Source: Brooklawnia sp. (GTDB lineage Bacteria; Actinomycetota; Actinomycetes; Propionibacteriales; Propionibacteriaceae). Taken from it: a DNA stretch of 48,929 nt. The stretch covers positions 1-48,929 of the forward strand of contig NZ_JBASCI010000120.1 of the NCBI RefSeq assembly GCF_049651565.1, given 5' to 3'. A model generated the notes under the pieces. The model did no database searches. It was not told the DNA's origin and saw only the letters and a program-made list of their open reading frames with translations. The translations under genes were made by a program, and so were the position numbers. Positions 47,806 to 48,929 of this stretch are shown piece by piece (the stretch's first letter is position 1; the number at the start of each line of letters is the position of its first letter).

Positions 47806-48929
47806 ATGAGCGTGTGCGACATCCCGGTGATCTCCTCGGTCTGCGATGCCGTCGGCGAAGGGGCCGCCACGCTGGTCGCGGCCCCGTTCGACTGGCTCGC
47901 CCAGGCCATGGGAGCTGCCGCGGGCTGGTTGTTCGAGGCGGTCTGGTCGGTGTTCGACACCACCACCCTCGTCGATGTCACCCGACCGGGATACGTGAGT
48001 GTCTACAACCTGCTGTTCGGTGTCGCGGTGTTCGTGATGCTGATCTTCTTCTGCCTCCAACTCATCACCGGCCTGATCCGCCGCGACCCCACCGCCCTGA
48101 CCCGAGCTGCCCTCGGCCTCGCGAAATCAGTGCTCGGGTCGTTCGTCATCATCACCCTCACCGCCCTGCTGCTGGAAGTCGTCGACCAGCTGTGCATCGG
48201 CATCGTCCAAGCCGCAGGCGAGACCACCGAGTCGATGGGCGACAAGATCGCCCTCCTCGCCACCGGCCTGGTCGGGATCAACATCGCCGCCCCCGGTGTC
48301 GGGGCGATCATCACGATCTTCATGGCCGGCCTCGCGATCACCGCCGCCGCCATCGTCTGGCTCTCCCTCCTCGTACGCAAAGCCCTGCTGCTGGTGGCGA
48401 TCGTGTTCGCCCCACTCGCGTTCTCAGGCGCGTCGTGGGACGCGAGCCGTGGGTGGATTGGGAAGTGGGCGATGTTCGTCGTCGCGCTGATCTGCTCCAA
48501 GCTCGTGCTCGTCGTGATGTTCCTGGTCGCGATCACGCAGGTCTCGGCACCCATCGACGCCGACCTGGCCTCGATCAGCGACCCGATCGCGGGGATCGTG
48601 CTGATGGCGATGGCCGCGTTCGCGCCCTATCTGACGTACAAGTTCATCGCGTTCGTCGGTTTCGACATGTATCACGCGATCGGCTCCGAACAAGACGCCA
48701 AACACGCTCTCAACCGCCCCATCCCCGTCCCCGGACGCGGCGCAGGCGGCGGCGCGGAGCCGAAGAAGGTACTCGACGGTGCAGGCAACAGCGGTGGAGG
48801 TGGCGGCGCGGGCCATGGAGGCGGTGGGAGCGCGCCACCCGCGCCGAAACCCACACCCGCATCCTCGGCCGAAAGCGGGGCTGGCGCATCGGGTGGAGGT
48901 GCCGCTGCGTCCGGCGGCGGTGCTGCGGC
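47806..48929 (+). CDS. TrbL/VirB6-like polytopic conjugal transfer protein, runs off the window
   Basis: Open frame MSVCDIPVISSVCD... with many TM helices, RKALLLVAIVFAPLA.SG..W and a Gly/Ala-rich tail. Absent from the ORF track because it has no stop in the window. Confidence 0.8.
   Translation, partial: MSVCDIPVISSVCDAVGEGAATLVAAPFDWLAQAMGAAAGWLFEAVWSVFDTTTLVDVTRPGYVSVYNLLFGVAVFVMLIFFCLQLITGLIRRDPTALTRAALGLAKSVLGSFVIITLTALLLEVVDQLCIGIVQAAGETTESMGDKIALLATGLVGINIAAPGVGAIITIFMAGLAITAAAIVWLSLLVRKALLLVAIVFAPLAFSGASWDASRGWIGKWAMFVVALICSKLVLVVMFLVAITQVSAPIDADLASISDPIAGIVLMAMAAFAPYLTYKFIAFVGFDMYHAIGSEQDAKHALNRPIPVPGRGAGGGAEPKKVLDGAGNSGGGGGAGHGGGGSAPPAPKPTPASSAESGAGASGGGAAASGGGAA

Larger units (their letters stand above)
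7211..48929. mobile_element. Integrative/conjugative element (MOBF relaxase, actinobacterial T4SS-type transfer genes) with defence cargo; ends not visible
   Basis: Relaxase, ArdC, Prim-Pol, ParB-like, cell-wall hydrolase, pilin-like and TrbL-like genes occur together. No integrase or att site is in the window, so a conjugative plasmid is not excluded. Confidence 0.8.

Noticed and set aside
48730..48929. GGC-rich low-complexity repeat
   Set aside because: It encodes the Gly/Ala-rich tail common in TrbL/VirB6-like proteins.

Overview
High-GC actinobacterial DNA. Positions 1-7210 are a decayed accessory patchwork. A group II intron (RT/maturase plus RNA domains V and VI) sits in an ISL3 transposase, which itself interrupts a VC0807-like membrane gene. 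A TetR/MFS efflux pair and deletion-fused fragments of helR, an SRPBCC gene, a DHFR-like gene and dprA follow. From about 7.2 kb to the end is part of an integrative/conjugative element. Its backbone encodes a MOBF relaxase-helicase, a C5-methyltransferase, ArdC, Prim-Pol, DUF2637, a ParB-like protein, a tri-domain cell-wall hydrolase, two pilin-like proteins and a truncated TrbL/VirB6-like protein. Defence cargo is a CapV/CD-NTase/Cap2 CBASS with no adjacent Cap3, and a type 1 BREX operon carrying an internal DUF1016 nuclease, a BrxL with a PLD-like tail instead of a Lon domain, and a translationally coupled SIR2-HerA pair. The most unusual signals are a nested alternative-frame gene inside the methyltransferase, duplicated palindromic coding cassettes in both DUF1016 genes, an XRE/metallopeptidase/7TM/hydrolase module under four 14-bp operators, and a sigma-like ORF with a motif recurring before backbone genes. 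All family calls come from motif recognition by eye; no searches were run.
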